A stretch of DNA of 63,967 nt, filler included, from Choristocarpus tenellus KU-1152 (lineage: Eukaryota; Protista; Phaeophyceae): assembly GCA_964200185.2 (NCBI GenBank). It is 8 parts of 8 records of this genome, joined end to end, with 100 filler letters (N's around TTAATTAATTAA, not from the genome) between each part and the next. Parts side by side here need not be neighbours in the genome. Positions count along the whole stretch, not along the records: positions 1 to 4,845 come from CAXNAD020012825.1; positions 4,946 to 9,132 come from CAXNAD020015786.1; positions 9,233 to 18,499 come from CAXNAD020003828.1; 5 more parts are not named here. One strand, 5' to 3'. The position numbers and the translations under genes were made by a program. The notes beneath the pieces are model-generated. The model ran no database searches and had not been told where the DNA came from. It saw nothing but the letters and a program-made list of their open reading frames with translations. Of the stretch, positions 1 through 11,883 are shown in pieces. Each line of letters starts with the position of its first letter. Positions within the stretch are counted from its first letter, which is position 1.

Positions 1-14
1 GGGGAGGGACTCAC

Positions 15-393
15 CGACGAAAACCATCCGTAACCATAGGCAAAAGTGCCGCCATCCACTGATTCTAAGGGAAGGGCAGAAACGAACAAGCTCTGTACCA
101 CTGCCAAAACAACGGCGAGAGCGGCCATATTGAACGTAGCTCCCAAGCTAGCAGCACTGAAACCTGACGGACGAGGAACACAAAAAGCGAGCTCCGTGGG
201 AATTCATCGCAACTCCTAAACCAACGCAGGGGGGAGTTGTACAGGGCCGTCGACGGGCTCGCTCTCTCGCCCCATAATATACTGAGCCCCGGAATAACAT
301 GTATCTCCTACGGCTGTGCCAACCACCCCTCAAGTTGATGGATGAGCCGGCTATAGGGTCGTGGTCGTATGGCATCGGTCGTCGTTAGAACTC

Positions 394-430
<37 letters not shown>

Positions 431-751
431 TTATGAAAAATCCGAGTGCGCGCGCGAGAAGCATCAAGCACTACAGGTAAAGTGAATACGGGGGGGGGGG
501 GGGGGGGGGGCGGGGGGTGGGGGGGAAGCTGACCGCAGTCACATTAGCTTACATTCATCCGCCACGTTGATAACAAGCATGATGGTGACCACCTGCAGGA
601 AAATATAGAGGACCAGCATGACGCGTCCTCCCCAAGAAAAGCTGGAGACCTTGAAGGAGTTTGGTCGGGGCTGCCGCCCATTGTTCTTGGCAAGAAGGAT
701 GGACGCAGTAAACAGGAGCACTGCAAAGGTGCACGCGACGAGGGCCAACCT
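15..751 (-). CDS. Partial multi-pass membrane protein (exons 751-553 and 163-15; continues beyond window start)
   Basis: Acceptor ttccag|AGG at 751, donor T|gtaag at 553, acceptor tccgtcag|GT at 163, donor TCG|gtgagt at 15. Phases match (1-1), giving RLALVACTFAVLLFTASILLA...VMLVLYIFLQVVTIMLVINVADE-C-FSAASLGATFNMAALAVVLAVVQSLFVSA...GGTFAYGYGWFSS with 3 hydrophobic segments and a claudin/PMP22-like YGW motif. Confidence 0.6.
394..424. repeat. (AAT)n microsatellite
   Basis: aataataataat... read directly; a poly-G tract follows at ~489-525. Confidence 0.95.
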
Positions 752-859
752 CTGGAAGGCTGAGGCGGCCTTGTCTGGTCGAGACATATGCGGAGACCGC
801 AACGGAGGTCAAGGGAGGAGCAACAGGCCATTTTTTTTTAATCCTGCACGTGATGGATT

Positions 860-1600
860 CTTGAGGAGATGAAGCAGGTCCAACTGCTACTACTGCGTAC
901 TCTCTACTCCGCATACCTTCGTCCCAAACGGACACCAAGTAAGGGGTGTACCAGGAAACTGCACAGTGAGGGCTACGAGATAAATGAGGTGGCTGGAAGG
1001 AGCTGGCCACAGAAGAAGAACAAGGTATTCTGGGGTGTGCTGTGGGATGGAAGAGCTGACTAAGTGGAGTTGTCTTCATGCTGCAATGCAACCTTACTGT
1101 TGTACCGGAGTACAACTGTAGCAAAATGTCAGTCTCTTACCCTACCAAATTGCTTACTGGCACGTGAGGGGGGCTACTTACGACCCATTCTGTCAAATGA
1201 CACTGACAGTGGAGCATGGGACATCATGAGCTCGAGAGTGGAAGGATACTAGTTTCAGTTGTGCCCATGAGGGTGAAGCGACATGAAGGGACTCTATGCA
1301 ATGTCCAAATGCAATCACTCGGTGTGATCGATAACCCTGAACGAGTCAAGCGCCTGACTTCGAGTGGTCACAACTGCGAAATTTAGAATAGACAGTCATA
1401 GATTCAGGGAGCGAGTCTCTGTTATTGGAGCATGGCTAACATTACCCCCTCTTTTGAATGCCAGAAGTTACTCACATCCACCACAGCAGCCCTCTACATC
1501 AGTACTTTCACACGAAAAGGTCAAAGGAGGAAGGCCCTCAATCCAAGCATCATCTGCAGTTGCCACCACTGCGAAGATCCAGGTTAGCCACGTGGTTAAT
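860..1600 (+). mobile_element. Possible highly decayed LTR-retrotransposon gag fragment (intronic)
   Basis: Broken ORFs (…GAWDIMSSRVEGY*) and a degenerate zinc-knuckle-like CHHCEDPG* at ~1561-1587; many stops. Confidence 0.25.
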
Positions 1601-1822
1601 ACAATGGTCCCATATACATACTGCTCGCATATGCAAGTACGGGGGGGGAGGGGGAGGGGGGATTTGAATGTGACGATACTTAGATGAAAATGGAAACGGG
1701 AGACAAAACATATAGTTCATGGAGTGCCTGTACAACCAGGAGAACAAACACATGTACCGTTTACTGCGCAACAAAGCAATGCTCAAAATTAAGTGTTCAG
1801 AACAAATGTTGAGTATACATGC

Positions 1823-2734
1823 CTGGAGTATGCTGGTTTCAGGTATGATTTCATTATCAGGCACGACTTCATTGTCAGGCACAACTTCCATGTCACCCAT
1901 GACTTCGGAATCACGGATGATCTGGGTGCTATGCATGACCATGGAGTCAGGCATGACTTGCGACGTCCTTCCCTGCGCTGGAGATTGAGAGGTTGGCGAT
2001 GACGAAGGCATTGCGACTTCGTTGCCAGGCATGACATCGTCGTCACGAGTAACTTCGGCGTCAAGGATGACCTCGTTGTCAGACATGAACGCAGAGTCAG
2101 GAATTACTTCCGATGTCCTGCTCTGTGCTGCAGCTGGAGGGGTTGGAGAGGTCAAAACCACTGCTACTTCGTTGTCAGGTAAGACTTCGGCGTCACGGAT
2201 GACTTCAGTATCAGGGATGACCTCCGTCTCAGTCATGACAACGATGTCAGTCATTTCTTCCGATATCTTGGCCTGTGCTACAGCTCGAGAGGTTGGAGAC
2301 ACCAAACCCTCTGCTGCAACTTCGTTTCCAGGCATGACTTTGTTGTCAAGAATGACTTCCGTATCAAGGACTACCTCGGTGTCAGGCATGATTCCGAAGT
2401 CCGTTACGACCTGCGACGTCCTGCTTTGAGCTGTGGATGAAGAAGTCAGACATGTCAAAGCCACGACTGCCACTTCGTTATCAGGCATGACTTCATTGTC
2501 ACGGATGCCTTCGATATCAGAGATGAACTGAATGTGAGACATGGCCGGGGAGTCTGGTACGCCTTGCGACGTTCTGTCTTCTGTTACAGTTGGAGGGGTA
2601 CGAGATGTAGCAGTCACTCCTGTCACGTCGGTATCAGACACGTCTTCGTTACCACGGATGACGTCGGTATCAGAGACGACCTCGGCGTCTGACATGAACC
2701 CGGAGTCAGGCACTACTTCCAATGGCCTGCACTA
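1823..2734 (-). CDS. Large exon encoding six ~50-aa nested acidic repeats (S/T/P/A linker + 5 x EV[IMV]xD[NTSA])
   Basis: ORF 1550..2722 shows units such as RTSQVVTDFGIMPDTEVVLDTEVILDNKVMPGNEV with ~150-153 bp periodicity. Candidate GC donor CTCCAG|gcatgt at 1823; the sequence past it is intron-like. Confidence 0.65.
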
Positions 2735-2829
2735 TGCTGCAGCTTCAGAGATTGGAAGTGATGAAGCCACGTTCTGCGGTCACCTGGAGAGAGAAGGGAG
2801 AGGAGGATAGCGACATGGCAATAGTTGAT

Positions 2830-3800
2830 GAGGTTCTTGAGCTAACACATCACCCGACGAGATATAAAATGGAACTGTTTGTAAATGAGAGGGGCTGGCA
2901 CCCTCAAGAATTAGACCCTACATACCGCCCCATTTAACTCTTTCTTCCATGGAGCATCCCAACACTGAGTAAAGACAACATAAATTAAGCTTCCTCAGAG
3001 ATCTGTACTCTCCAACTTTTCGGGATTATGAGAAAGGGGGCCCTCTTCCCTCAACCAACGTCAAGAAAAGGAGGACATCTACAGACTTATCAACACCCAA
3101 CCCACGAGACTATCAACAACAAAACGCAACAAAACAAATTTAACCTCCACCTCGCCCCCCTCACTAAGAATAAGTGGGAATTTTATCAAGATAAAAGCAA
3201 CCACCTTCACTCCCACCTTAAGGATGTATACTTCCCCGTACAGACTCTAATCCACCCTCAAGTCCCAAACAATAGAGCATTTGCCAAATCCCAACCCACA
3301 CCATGTACAAGGAATGAGGAATTGATGACTTTCCATATACTCTATGGATGTTCCCGAGATTTTCCTTGTTTGATTTGCGGAGCAACCATGAGAAAATACA
3401 AAACAATTGTGAGAAGGGAAAATATATACATGAGGGGGCACTAATATAATAATAGGAGACACTAGATATCAGAATATTGACATATACATCATAATAAGGA
3501 ACATAGAATATGCAATTCACAACCACAAAATCATGTTCAGATCAAAGATCTTCAATTTACATTTCAACAAATTGAAGTAGATAGTAGATCAAACTTGTAC
3601 AAGAAAACTACAAAACCGACCAAGAAGAATATTCTCTCTTCTCAAAAGTTGTTCCTTAGATTCAGATAAACAGTATCCATTATTCGCGGTTTTTGATGAA
3701 GACTCAATATTGAAATATATATTCCCAATAATTGATATATATCTTCATATTTCTTGCAAAATAAACTTTTACCAGTATGCTAAATCAAATAAAAATAATG
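2830..3800 (+). mobile_element. Decayed LINE-like fragment
   Basis: A-rich frame-broken ORF remnants; 3590-3660 resembles the reverse complement of ~18020-18090 in another LINE-like region. Confidence 0.3.
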
Positions 3801-4319
3801 TAATCGTGTGATTCTGTAACAGCGTGGTTCAATCAGACAAAGGCAGCCAAGAGATTCACCAGGCAAGACAGACCACACAAACAAGCACGAACCGTGAACC
3901 GAGGGTACGAGGTTCTTCCTTGTCCAACCGTCCCTCAGTTATCATGGTGACCCACAACTGCGCCATACATCTATACTTGCTTTCACCATCATCAAAAAAA
4001 TCACACAGCACTGCATATTATATGGACCTCTAGAGTACTTACTATCTATCATGTCACCTAGCGGCCCATCTTCACCTACATGCACATAGAAGGGTACTGT
4101 GAGAGACTTTTCTAGCTATCGTCTTTGCTATAGGTGGCAACAGGAATAATACACGATGCCGTCTATATAAAATTGCTCACAATAAGGGCTAGCCGTAGCC
4201 CAAACCCTAACACTAGAAGTAGCCTTAGCTCTAGCCCTAGCCCTAGCCCGTGCGGTACCTCCAGTAGTAGTTCCAGCCGTAGCTCTAGACTGGAGCTAGA
4301 GCTCGTCCATCGAATGAAA

Positions 4320-4845
4320 CGGCCCACAGTGCAGGGAAACTAAAGGCATACTGATACCGATAACAATACTGATGTAGATATCTATTTCGATACCGATGTC
4401 GATACTGGTACTGGTACTGCTACCAGTACTGGTACTGCAAAGAAGAATTGAAGATCATTAATGGTATCTTACATGTGTGTAGTAGTAAATTCGATATAAC
4501 CGCCGACAGTGCAGGGAAACTGAAGGCATACTTATCATGATACCGACCAAAATCATCAGCATACCGAATGGTGACACCGATAGTGATGGTGTCACCGATG
4601 GTGATATTGATACTGGTATTGACACTGCAGCGTTACTGCACAGAAGAGATAATGGTATCTACGTTTGTGTAGAAGTATATTGAATGTAACCGCCGACAGT
4701 GCAGGGGAAATGAAGCATGACGATTACGATACCCACCACGATCATCCCCATACCGATGGTGATACCGATGCTGATACCGATGGTGATACTGATACTGATA
4801 CTGATACTGCAGGGTTACTTCACAGAACCATTAATGGTATCTTAC
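4320..4845. repeat. Minisatellite, 3 units of ~170-190 bp with internal GATACY/GATGGT hexamer runs
   Basis: Units start with (c)cgacagtgcaggg(g)aaa at ~4325, ~4503 and ~4693, and each ends with aatggtatct(t)ac; the array runs into the assembly gap. Confidence 0.85.
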
Positions 4846-4945
4846 NNNNNNNNNNNNNNNNNNNNNNNNNNNNNNNNNNNNNNNNNNNNTTAATTAATTA
4901 ANNNNNNNNNNNNNNNNNNNNNNNNNNNNNNNNNNNNNNNNNNNN
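4846..4945. other. Artificial contig linker N44-TTAATTAATTAA-N44 (also ~9133, 18500, 46966, 53106, 57642, 60607)
   Basis: Identical N-flanked 12-mer giving stops in all six frames, repeated 7 times. Confidence 0.97.
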
Positions 4946-5587
4946 AAAACAAAAAAAAAAGAGAGAGGGGGGGATGGGGGAGGAGGGGGGGGGGGGGGGG
5001 GGGGGAAGAAAGCAACAGGACGATCAGATCAAATACTCCACCACCAAGCACACATTCAAAAAAAAAAAATCAGGGCAAGAGTGTAACATTGAGAGGCGAT
5101 TGCCCCTCACCATCATACCGTTCCTGAAACAGTCTCCTCTTCAATGCAGTATAAACATAAATCGCACGCATGGCGCACAACTTCATGGCAACAACAATGC
5201 TGATGATGATGATGATGATGATGATAGTTGTTCCATTGCTTGTTCAGTAATAACATCGACAAGTTCTTGCTTCCTTACCACGTTGTATAAAGAGAATGTT
5301 TACTAACAGTAACGTAAAGCTGTCCTTTCTTTTGCTTTCAATCACTTAACTAACAAATCATCCAAGGACTTACCCGCAAAACATATCCAGTGGTTTTATC
5401 CTTTGATAAAGACGCTCTTACAACACATTTGAATCACAGGGTCTCGATCCTCCTCCTGGAACAATCGAAAAAAAAAAAAATTAACAGTGTGTGTGTGTGT
5501 GTTTTTGTTTTCTTTACTAGGCAGAGAGTGTGGCTGCGGCAGACAACACAGCACCCCCACTTGTCATATGTCAACCAGTGCAATCAC

Positions 5588-6639
5588 CTTCTCCATCCCC
5601 TTCGCCCCCAGACTATGCCCTAGAATGATCCAAGAGCTAGGCGCCTTCAGCTTCTCTGAGCCTGCCTGAGCAATGACGTCTCCAGCAGCTTCCCATCCAT
5701 AGAAGGCTGAAAGCAGAAAGAGAGGATGGGAGGTTGTTACGAGGCAGCACTGCAGGAGCAACACAAAAGCCTTCCCAAGGTGAGTTGAGACAGAATTAGG
5801 GGACTAGAGGACGTAAGCCAGGAAGGGGATAGGGAATAGCAAAAGCATGTTGACCCAGCACAAACGCCTCCGCAGGCCTAGTTCAATCGCCCATTCCATC
5901 AAGCACAACTGGGGTTACAGATTATGATAATACAAACAAGGGACAAAATTCAACACCCTTAACACTAAAATGACACGCCTTCCGGACCAAATAATATTGT
6001 TGAGGATGTAATTAATGCCACTCGTTTCAATTTTTATATTTTCTGCAATGATCAAGCATACCTCCCATCCCATCCCACCCATCACCCACCCACCCACCCA
6101 CCTACCCACCTACCTTATTGAAACGATTGCCATAACCCTAACCCTAATCAACAATGTCGATTACTCAAAATACGAAGGAAGGCACTAAAGGAAAAATTGT
6201 ACCAAAAATGAGACACGTAGCTGAGTCAGCCGCGCAACCAAGGGTACCCCATCAGAAAAGCACAGCAAACGAACCTTTCAACAAATCAGGAAGGGGAGNN
6301 NNNNNNNNAAACACGCGCACCAAAGGAGGAGGAACGGGGGGAGAGAGAGGGGGGGCGGCGAGGGGGGAGGGCTAGGCCCTTGAAACCTTTTTTTCACACA
6401 AACACTTTTTTTTTTTAATCACCTACAATAAAAAAATTAATATCCAAGTGCATGAGAAAAAAAAAGAAAAAAAAGAGCACGGTTCACAATAACACAGAAA
6501 ATTTATATTTTATTTTATTTTTCACACCGAGGTTGAACGGAAGGCGCAGGATGTATGTCGGGTGTCCTCTCTCTGCAAGCTTCCTTGCTATCGGGGCATA
6601 AGCAAGAGGAGACACGAGGGCGCCAGGAATTATTATCAC
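5588..6639 (-). CDS. Alpha/beta hydrolase (Abhydrolase_5-like), two internal exons 6639-6528 and 5706-5588; partial
   Basis: Spliced: VIIIPGALVSPLAYAPIARKLAERGHPTYILRLPFNL-A-FYGWEAAG...WIILGHSLGAKGMEK. Canonical AG/GT sites, phase 1-1; PGA.V.P.AYAP.A..LA..G motif plus GHSLG nucleophile elbow. Confidence 0.8.
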
Positions 6640-7389
6640 CTGCAGGGACAGAATTATTTTACTAAGGTCATGTTGGTGGGGTCCTTTGCTCAGTAGGTGG
6701 AGTTGAGTCGAGGAGAGGGCAATCGATGAATTGCTGATGGTGACTGCAAGATTTAACACTCCAAAGCAAGAGTGAACAGCTAGCTAGCTCTCGGGATTCA
6801 AGAGCCAAGGACTTGAGCGATTTTCTGATGTGAGACTAGAGGGGGTCGTCGCAGGAACTTCCGCCTGTTCAATAAGTTGGCAGAACAATGTTTTTTCCTT
6901 TAAAAAACCAAGAACTAAAATAAAAAGGGTTAGGGTTAATGGATACACTAAGAAAAATAAATATTGGAAGCGAGTTCGTAACAGGGGGGAAAGAGAGGGG
7001 ATCGAGAGACCGGTCACCCACTTTGCTTTCAACTTTCAATCTTGAGTAATGACAAGAAATAATATGGTGCATACTGATAGGAGAGGCTGCAGGATGAGTG
7101 CATCATCTTGGTTTTAAAAGGTGACAAAAATAGGGAAGAGTCTACTCTAATGTTGTACGGTTATGTGATTTTCACACCCATCTGTGTATGCTCTCAACTG
7201 TTAGAGGTGACAATGGTTGCCAGTAACGACTCACTTATGGCAGATACTGGCTAAAACCTTGAGATGGAAACGATTGTTTTTGACGTCACATGCTATTGGT
7301 GTGAACAGTGAAATGTAATGCTCCTATCATCTTCATTCGATGTATTTGTTTCGCCGAATTGATACCTTAACATGACTCTCAAAGGATCT

Positions 7390-9132
7390 CAGTCAAATGG
7401 AATGCGGGTTGTAGAACTTTGGTCAGAGGTTGCCACCTTAGCTGAAAAGATAGAATCACAAGGCAGCCATTTGGGTCGATCTTTGACCTTTCCTGAATAT
7501 CGATTCACGCAGGATTTAACGACGAAGAAGATGGAGGTATACAAGACATAGAAAGCAGCAGCCATACCCTCCAGAGTAATGTCGTTGTCTCCCTTACCCC
7601 TGTGACATCTTTCCCGGTCATCTTGGGAGGTATAGAGGTTGGCTCGAATCTCAGGATATCTTCCATTACCTCCACCTGTCAGCAATTCGACGTGGCAATG
7701 CCCAGGGTAGAAGGAAATTTTAGTACAGCAACTACTGAGGACAGCCATCATCTCCAAAACCAATAGGGTAGTTCCTACAACCTTCCATGCAGTTAGGCAT
7801 TTCACCTCAACCAATCTCCAGTCATGACAACGACACTACGGTCGAGGAGGCCTTGCAGGAAGACCTGCAATTATGCAAAATCAATAGATGGGGCAGGAAG
7901 GAGACTCCATTTCTTCTCAGCAGTACTCACAAGAACCCCATCGCCGGATTGTGAATGGTTCTGGGACGCCGCCAGAGCCACTTGCGATGGGGGCTTCTCC
8001 TCCAAGAATAAGCCTGCTCGAAGTACGTTGATTATGGCCGACGCGAACTTCCAGTACGTCTGATGGTGGACCTCGTCTGCGAAGTATCCCGTCCCCCGAT
8101 ACCACTTGAAGAGTCCCTTGAGAAATATCTGTGCGTTATATGGGTGGTCGACCCCAAACGGGTCATGTTCTGTGCAATTTAACAATACACTACAAGTTCG
8201 GAGTACAAGTCTAAAACTGTCTAGAGGTTGACAATTTTTGAAGTAGTCCACTCGCCAGATGGTGGTGAATTCCGAAGGAAGCGTGGTGTGTTCATTCATC
8301 TTCTATGAGTTCCCACATCTAATATCATGTGTAAGATTTAATATTGTTCACTCACCAAAGGGGAAACTAGCCAGCACGCCAAAGTGAACAACAGGATGTA
8401 AATTCTTCTCCTGAACCATGTTAAGGACTTTTGCACTTCATGGCTGGCCTTTATGTTTCCTCTGTCATCCATGTATATATGCGTTCTTGACAGGCAGGAT
8501 GAGTGAATGGGGTAGTACAGGATACTGTAAGAAATGACGAGGATAGGTTTTGGAATCATAGTTGTAAAAAAGTGATAGCCACAATCCAACTAAGGTATAC
8601 CTTTGCGGTGATCTTCCTTGAGAAGATGTAGTTCAAGGTCTGTCGGTTCATACCACATCTGGATACATGTTGAAGTAAACATTTGATTGTTGAAGCAAAT
8701 ATCGGGTGGTTTGAGTGAGCCTTACAAACACCCTTGATTCACTTTTGACTGTTCACTCTTCCCTGAGTGACCTTCTGAGGGGTTGTTGCTCAAACTCCCA
8801 CCTTGCCTCTCTCCGTTCCCTTCAGTCTGAAGAACTTTGCTCCCTATTTCCATCTGTTTCATATATATGTAGATAATAATACTTTGGAAATAATATTGAC
8901 CCAATAAGTTTAACCTACAGATTATTGTGGTTTAGATACTGTATGTACCTTCTACCTCAGAGTCTCTTCAGTCTTTCTAAAACATATTGTCACTCTCCTG
9001 GTGAAATCTTACTGTGACGCAACCCCAAGACGGAAGTATATGCCAAGCACACCAAAAGAAACGGCGAATGTCACTCTGAACCATTCTTCTCCTCGAGTTG
9101 GCCCTTATCCACTCCATTTTTGCCTTCTGCAG
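7390..9132 (-). mobile_element. Decayed L1/Tx1-like LINE, region downstream of the RT core
   Basis: Minus-strand remnants FGVLGIYFR (RT YLG-like, ~9030-9060) and LHLLKEDHRKGIP*L (L..PK..GGLG.P-like, ~8590-8635); ORF fragments 7871-8299 and 7389-7814; many stops. Confidence 0.45.
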
Positions 9133-9409
9133 NNNNNNNNNNNNNNNNNNNNNNNNNNNNNNNNNNNNNNNNNNNNTTAATTAATTAANNNNNNNNNNNN
9201 NNNNNNNNNNNNNNNNNNNNNNNNNNNNNNNNGGGTCGGATTTAAAATTTCAAAAAAAAAAAGGGTTGTTTCGCCGAAACGGACCCCCCCTCACAACCCC
9301 CCCCCCCCCCCCCAAGATACTTTGACCCAACAGTCATCGCAGAGGACTTGGGAATTTCCAGAAATGATCGTGTTCCTTCAGAGGCCAGATCGCATGGGGT
9401 GAATAATCA

Positions 9410-9593
9410 GACTTGAAGTATCTGGGGGGGAGGTGCCAGCTGTCCATTTGGGGTCCATTTTCCCATGTCGCAATTTTTTGGGTGATTTGGTTGCATACTT
9501 CGGATTGATAATGTAAGTGCACTTTTTCTGGCCATGGCCCAAAATGGACGCGCCCAGGTGTAGACCCCCCTCCCCCCCCAGATACTTTGAGCC
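9410..9593 (-). mobile_element. MITE family A copy (~180 bp)
   Basis: TIR GACTTGAAGTATCT(G)n ... (C)nAGATACTTTGAGCC; internal aagtgcacttacattatc / gcaaccaaatcacccaaaaa core shared with the other copies. Confidence 0.85.
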
Positions 9594-9699
9594 ACATGGA
9601 GCTTTTACATCATCGCAAGTGGCAATGTGGCCGCCATACAAGTATCCTTGATGTTTAGGATGTTCCATGGGTACACAGCAAATCCTTCCGCAAATGGGC

Positions 9700-10545
9700 G
9701 GCCAAAGTTGGGGTCTCCCTTGCCTCAAGGGCGGGATCTGTGCAAGCTCGAGAAGGTGAAGAAGGGTCAAGCGGTGGACTAAGTCAGTCCTCTTAGACAG
9801 CTGAAAGTCAACAGGATGGGATTTGTCATCAGCCACACACACAGGAGGGGGGAAAGGAGTATTCCTGGATGATCTATATGATGACTGGGCATGTGGACAG
9901 GAAGTGGTTTTACATCCTCAAAGATGGGCAAGATGTCTACCTGCACTCCACTGAGGACCCCCCCAACCCCCCATAGGCATAGATTAAGAGTTACATTACG
10001 AAAGTGATGTTCCATGCAGCTGTGTCCCCGTCCTAGGAAGCTGTTCAATGAGGCGTGGTTAGATGGGAAATTGGGATCCGTTCAATCATGGACACTAAGG
10101 TTGCTCAGCGCTCCAGTGGACTCACCCCAAGGGCACCAAGGTGCTTGTTCCAGGCATGGTGGATGGGGAGGTACAATAAGGTTAGAATTGAGGATGTCAT
10201 CTCGGCAATCAAGTTCTGCATGCCTAGGCTGGAAGGACACACCATCTTCATGCAGCAGGACGGGGCTAAAGTTGCATGGAGGCAATCAAGGAGCCTGTGA
10301 GGGACGACATTGTCATAGAGACCCAGCCAGCCCAACTCACCTGATCTCAATGTCAATGGCCTGGGATTCTTTCATTCCATCCAGCAACTGAAGGAAGATG
10401 TTGGGGTGACCAACAAATCTAAGAGCTGACAGAAGCCATAATGGAGGAATTTGATGTGTACCCCCAGGAGACACTAGAGTGCGTCTGGCAGAGCCTCTTT
10501 GCAGTCTATGATGAAATGCTGGGGTCCGAGGGTGACACTGTCTTC
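9700..10545 (+). pseudogene. Mariner (plant-type DD39D-like) transposase pseudogene
   Basis: Frameshifted motifs KSYITKVMF, IFMQQDGA, QPNSPDLNVNGLGFFHSIQQL and LECVWQSL. Confidence 0.85.
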
Positions 10546-10553
10546 AAAATTCC

Positions 10554-10729
10554 AACTCAAAATATCTGGGGGGATGTGGAGGCTGTCCATTTTGGGGGCA
10601 ATTTTTTTATGTCGTAATTTTTGTGCGATTTGGTTGCATGCATCGGATGGATAATGTAAGTGCACTTTTCCTGGTTATGGTTCAAATGGACACCCTGGTG
10701 TAGATCCCCCCCCCCAGATACTTTGGGTC
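10554..10729 (-). mobile_element. MITE family A copy
   Basis: AACTCAAAATATCTGGGGGG ... CCCCCAGATACTTTGGGTC with the same internal core. Confidence 0.85.
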
Positions 10730-11883
10730 TCCCCATCTTAGCAAGGAAAAGGCTGAGAAGGTGGGCAAATTCCCCCCAACTGCCCCAGTGGATGTGGCAA
10801 AATATGTGCTGGAGTGGAGTTTAGGAGGGCTTCGGGGGCAGAACCATAGATAGGTGGAGGCTGTCTCATTTTGCTTGAGATTTTGGTGGTCAACCATTTA
10901 GTCTGTCCACAATACACCCATCAATTATGAACGTGTGAAAAATAATATTGTGTCAGAGGGCATAATAATAAAATATAAAATATTGCTTCTTGACCGTGGC
11001 TGCAAAAAGTTATGTTACATTTGATTCCGAACGAAGTGCTGTCATTGATATTCTTCCAAGTATGTGAATCTTGTTACTACCAACATGGTTGGGTCTTGTG
11101 TTTCCACCTGTTCTTCCACAAGTATTCAATGTGTGGAAGTATCAACACTACTTGTTGGCTCTCTCCCTAGTAAGCTAGTTAGTGGGGTAATTAAAATGAC
11201 CACATTATTGTCACTTGTCAATAACAAACGACGACCGACCTTCATGGATTGGTTTTGACTTCACCTTCTGAACTTCAGCTTAAGTAAATCAGAACAGAAC
11301 AGAAATCTTACCACACGACAAACAGATGTTTCACAATAACATAGTATTATCAACCAGAAATAGAGATCGACCAGACAGAATTGGAAATTTGATATGTGTG
11401 TCCCTCTTCCTGTTCGTCGAAGTCTGGATATTGTGTGTATGTCTGGTTTGTTGAGTGGTCGTTAGGTCAATTTCAAAAGGAGTGAGAGTAGACGAATGTC
11501 TATTTGTGTTATCCACATCAGTTGATGTATCGGACATCCAAAAATGGGACGTTCCTGACAAATGAGATACTATGATTTGTAAAAGGGGTTAACAGGGCGA
11601 AACCGTTCGATGGTTCACGTGCGGTCAGCACCATTTTCATTGGCCAATCGATCGATATGTGATCGATACTATATGGTTTGATGTGAAATATGAAGTGGTA
11701 GAGAAGATAGAAGTAAGAGAGGGAACAGAATAAACACAATAGTCACATGCCATCTTAGTAGAGTAGAGGTCTCATCCTGATACAGTAAATAAAATGGGGT
11801 TGACATAACAAGTAAAAATCTGCCATTGAGAAGGTCGTCATTAATTGAGGCGTCAAGGTTGTGTGCAAGCTCAAGCTTTTGCC

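Noticed and set aside
618-872. Plus-strand 84-aa ORF
   Set aside because: Antisense shadow of the minus-strand membrane-protein exon.
2022-2810. Plus-strand S/T/M-rich repeat ORFs
   Set aside because: Antisense frames of the acidic repeat exon, interrupted by stops.
4320-4845. CRISPR-like repeat/spacer appearance
   Set aside because: Eukaryotic context, degenerate repeats, spacers are simple hexamer runs, no cas genes.
4890-4901. Palindromic TTAATTAATTAA repeated 7 times
   Set aside because: Always embedded in N runs; an artificial six-frame-stop contig linker.
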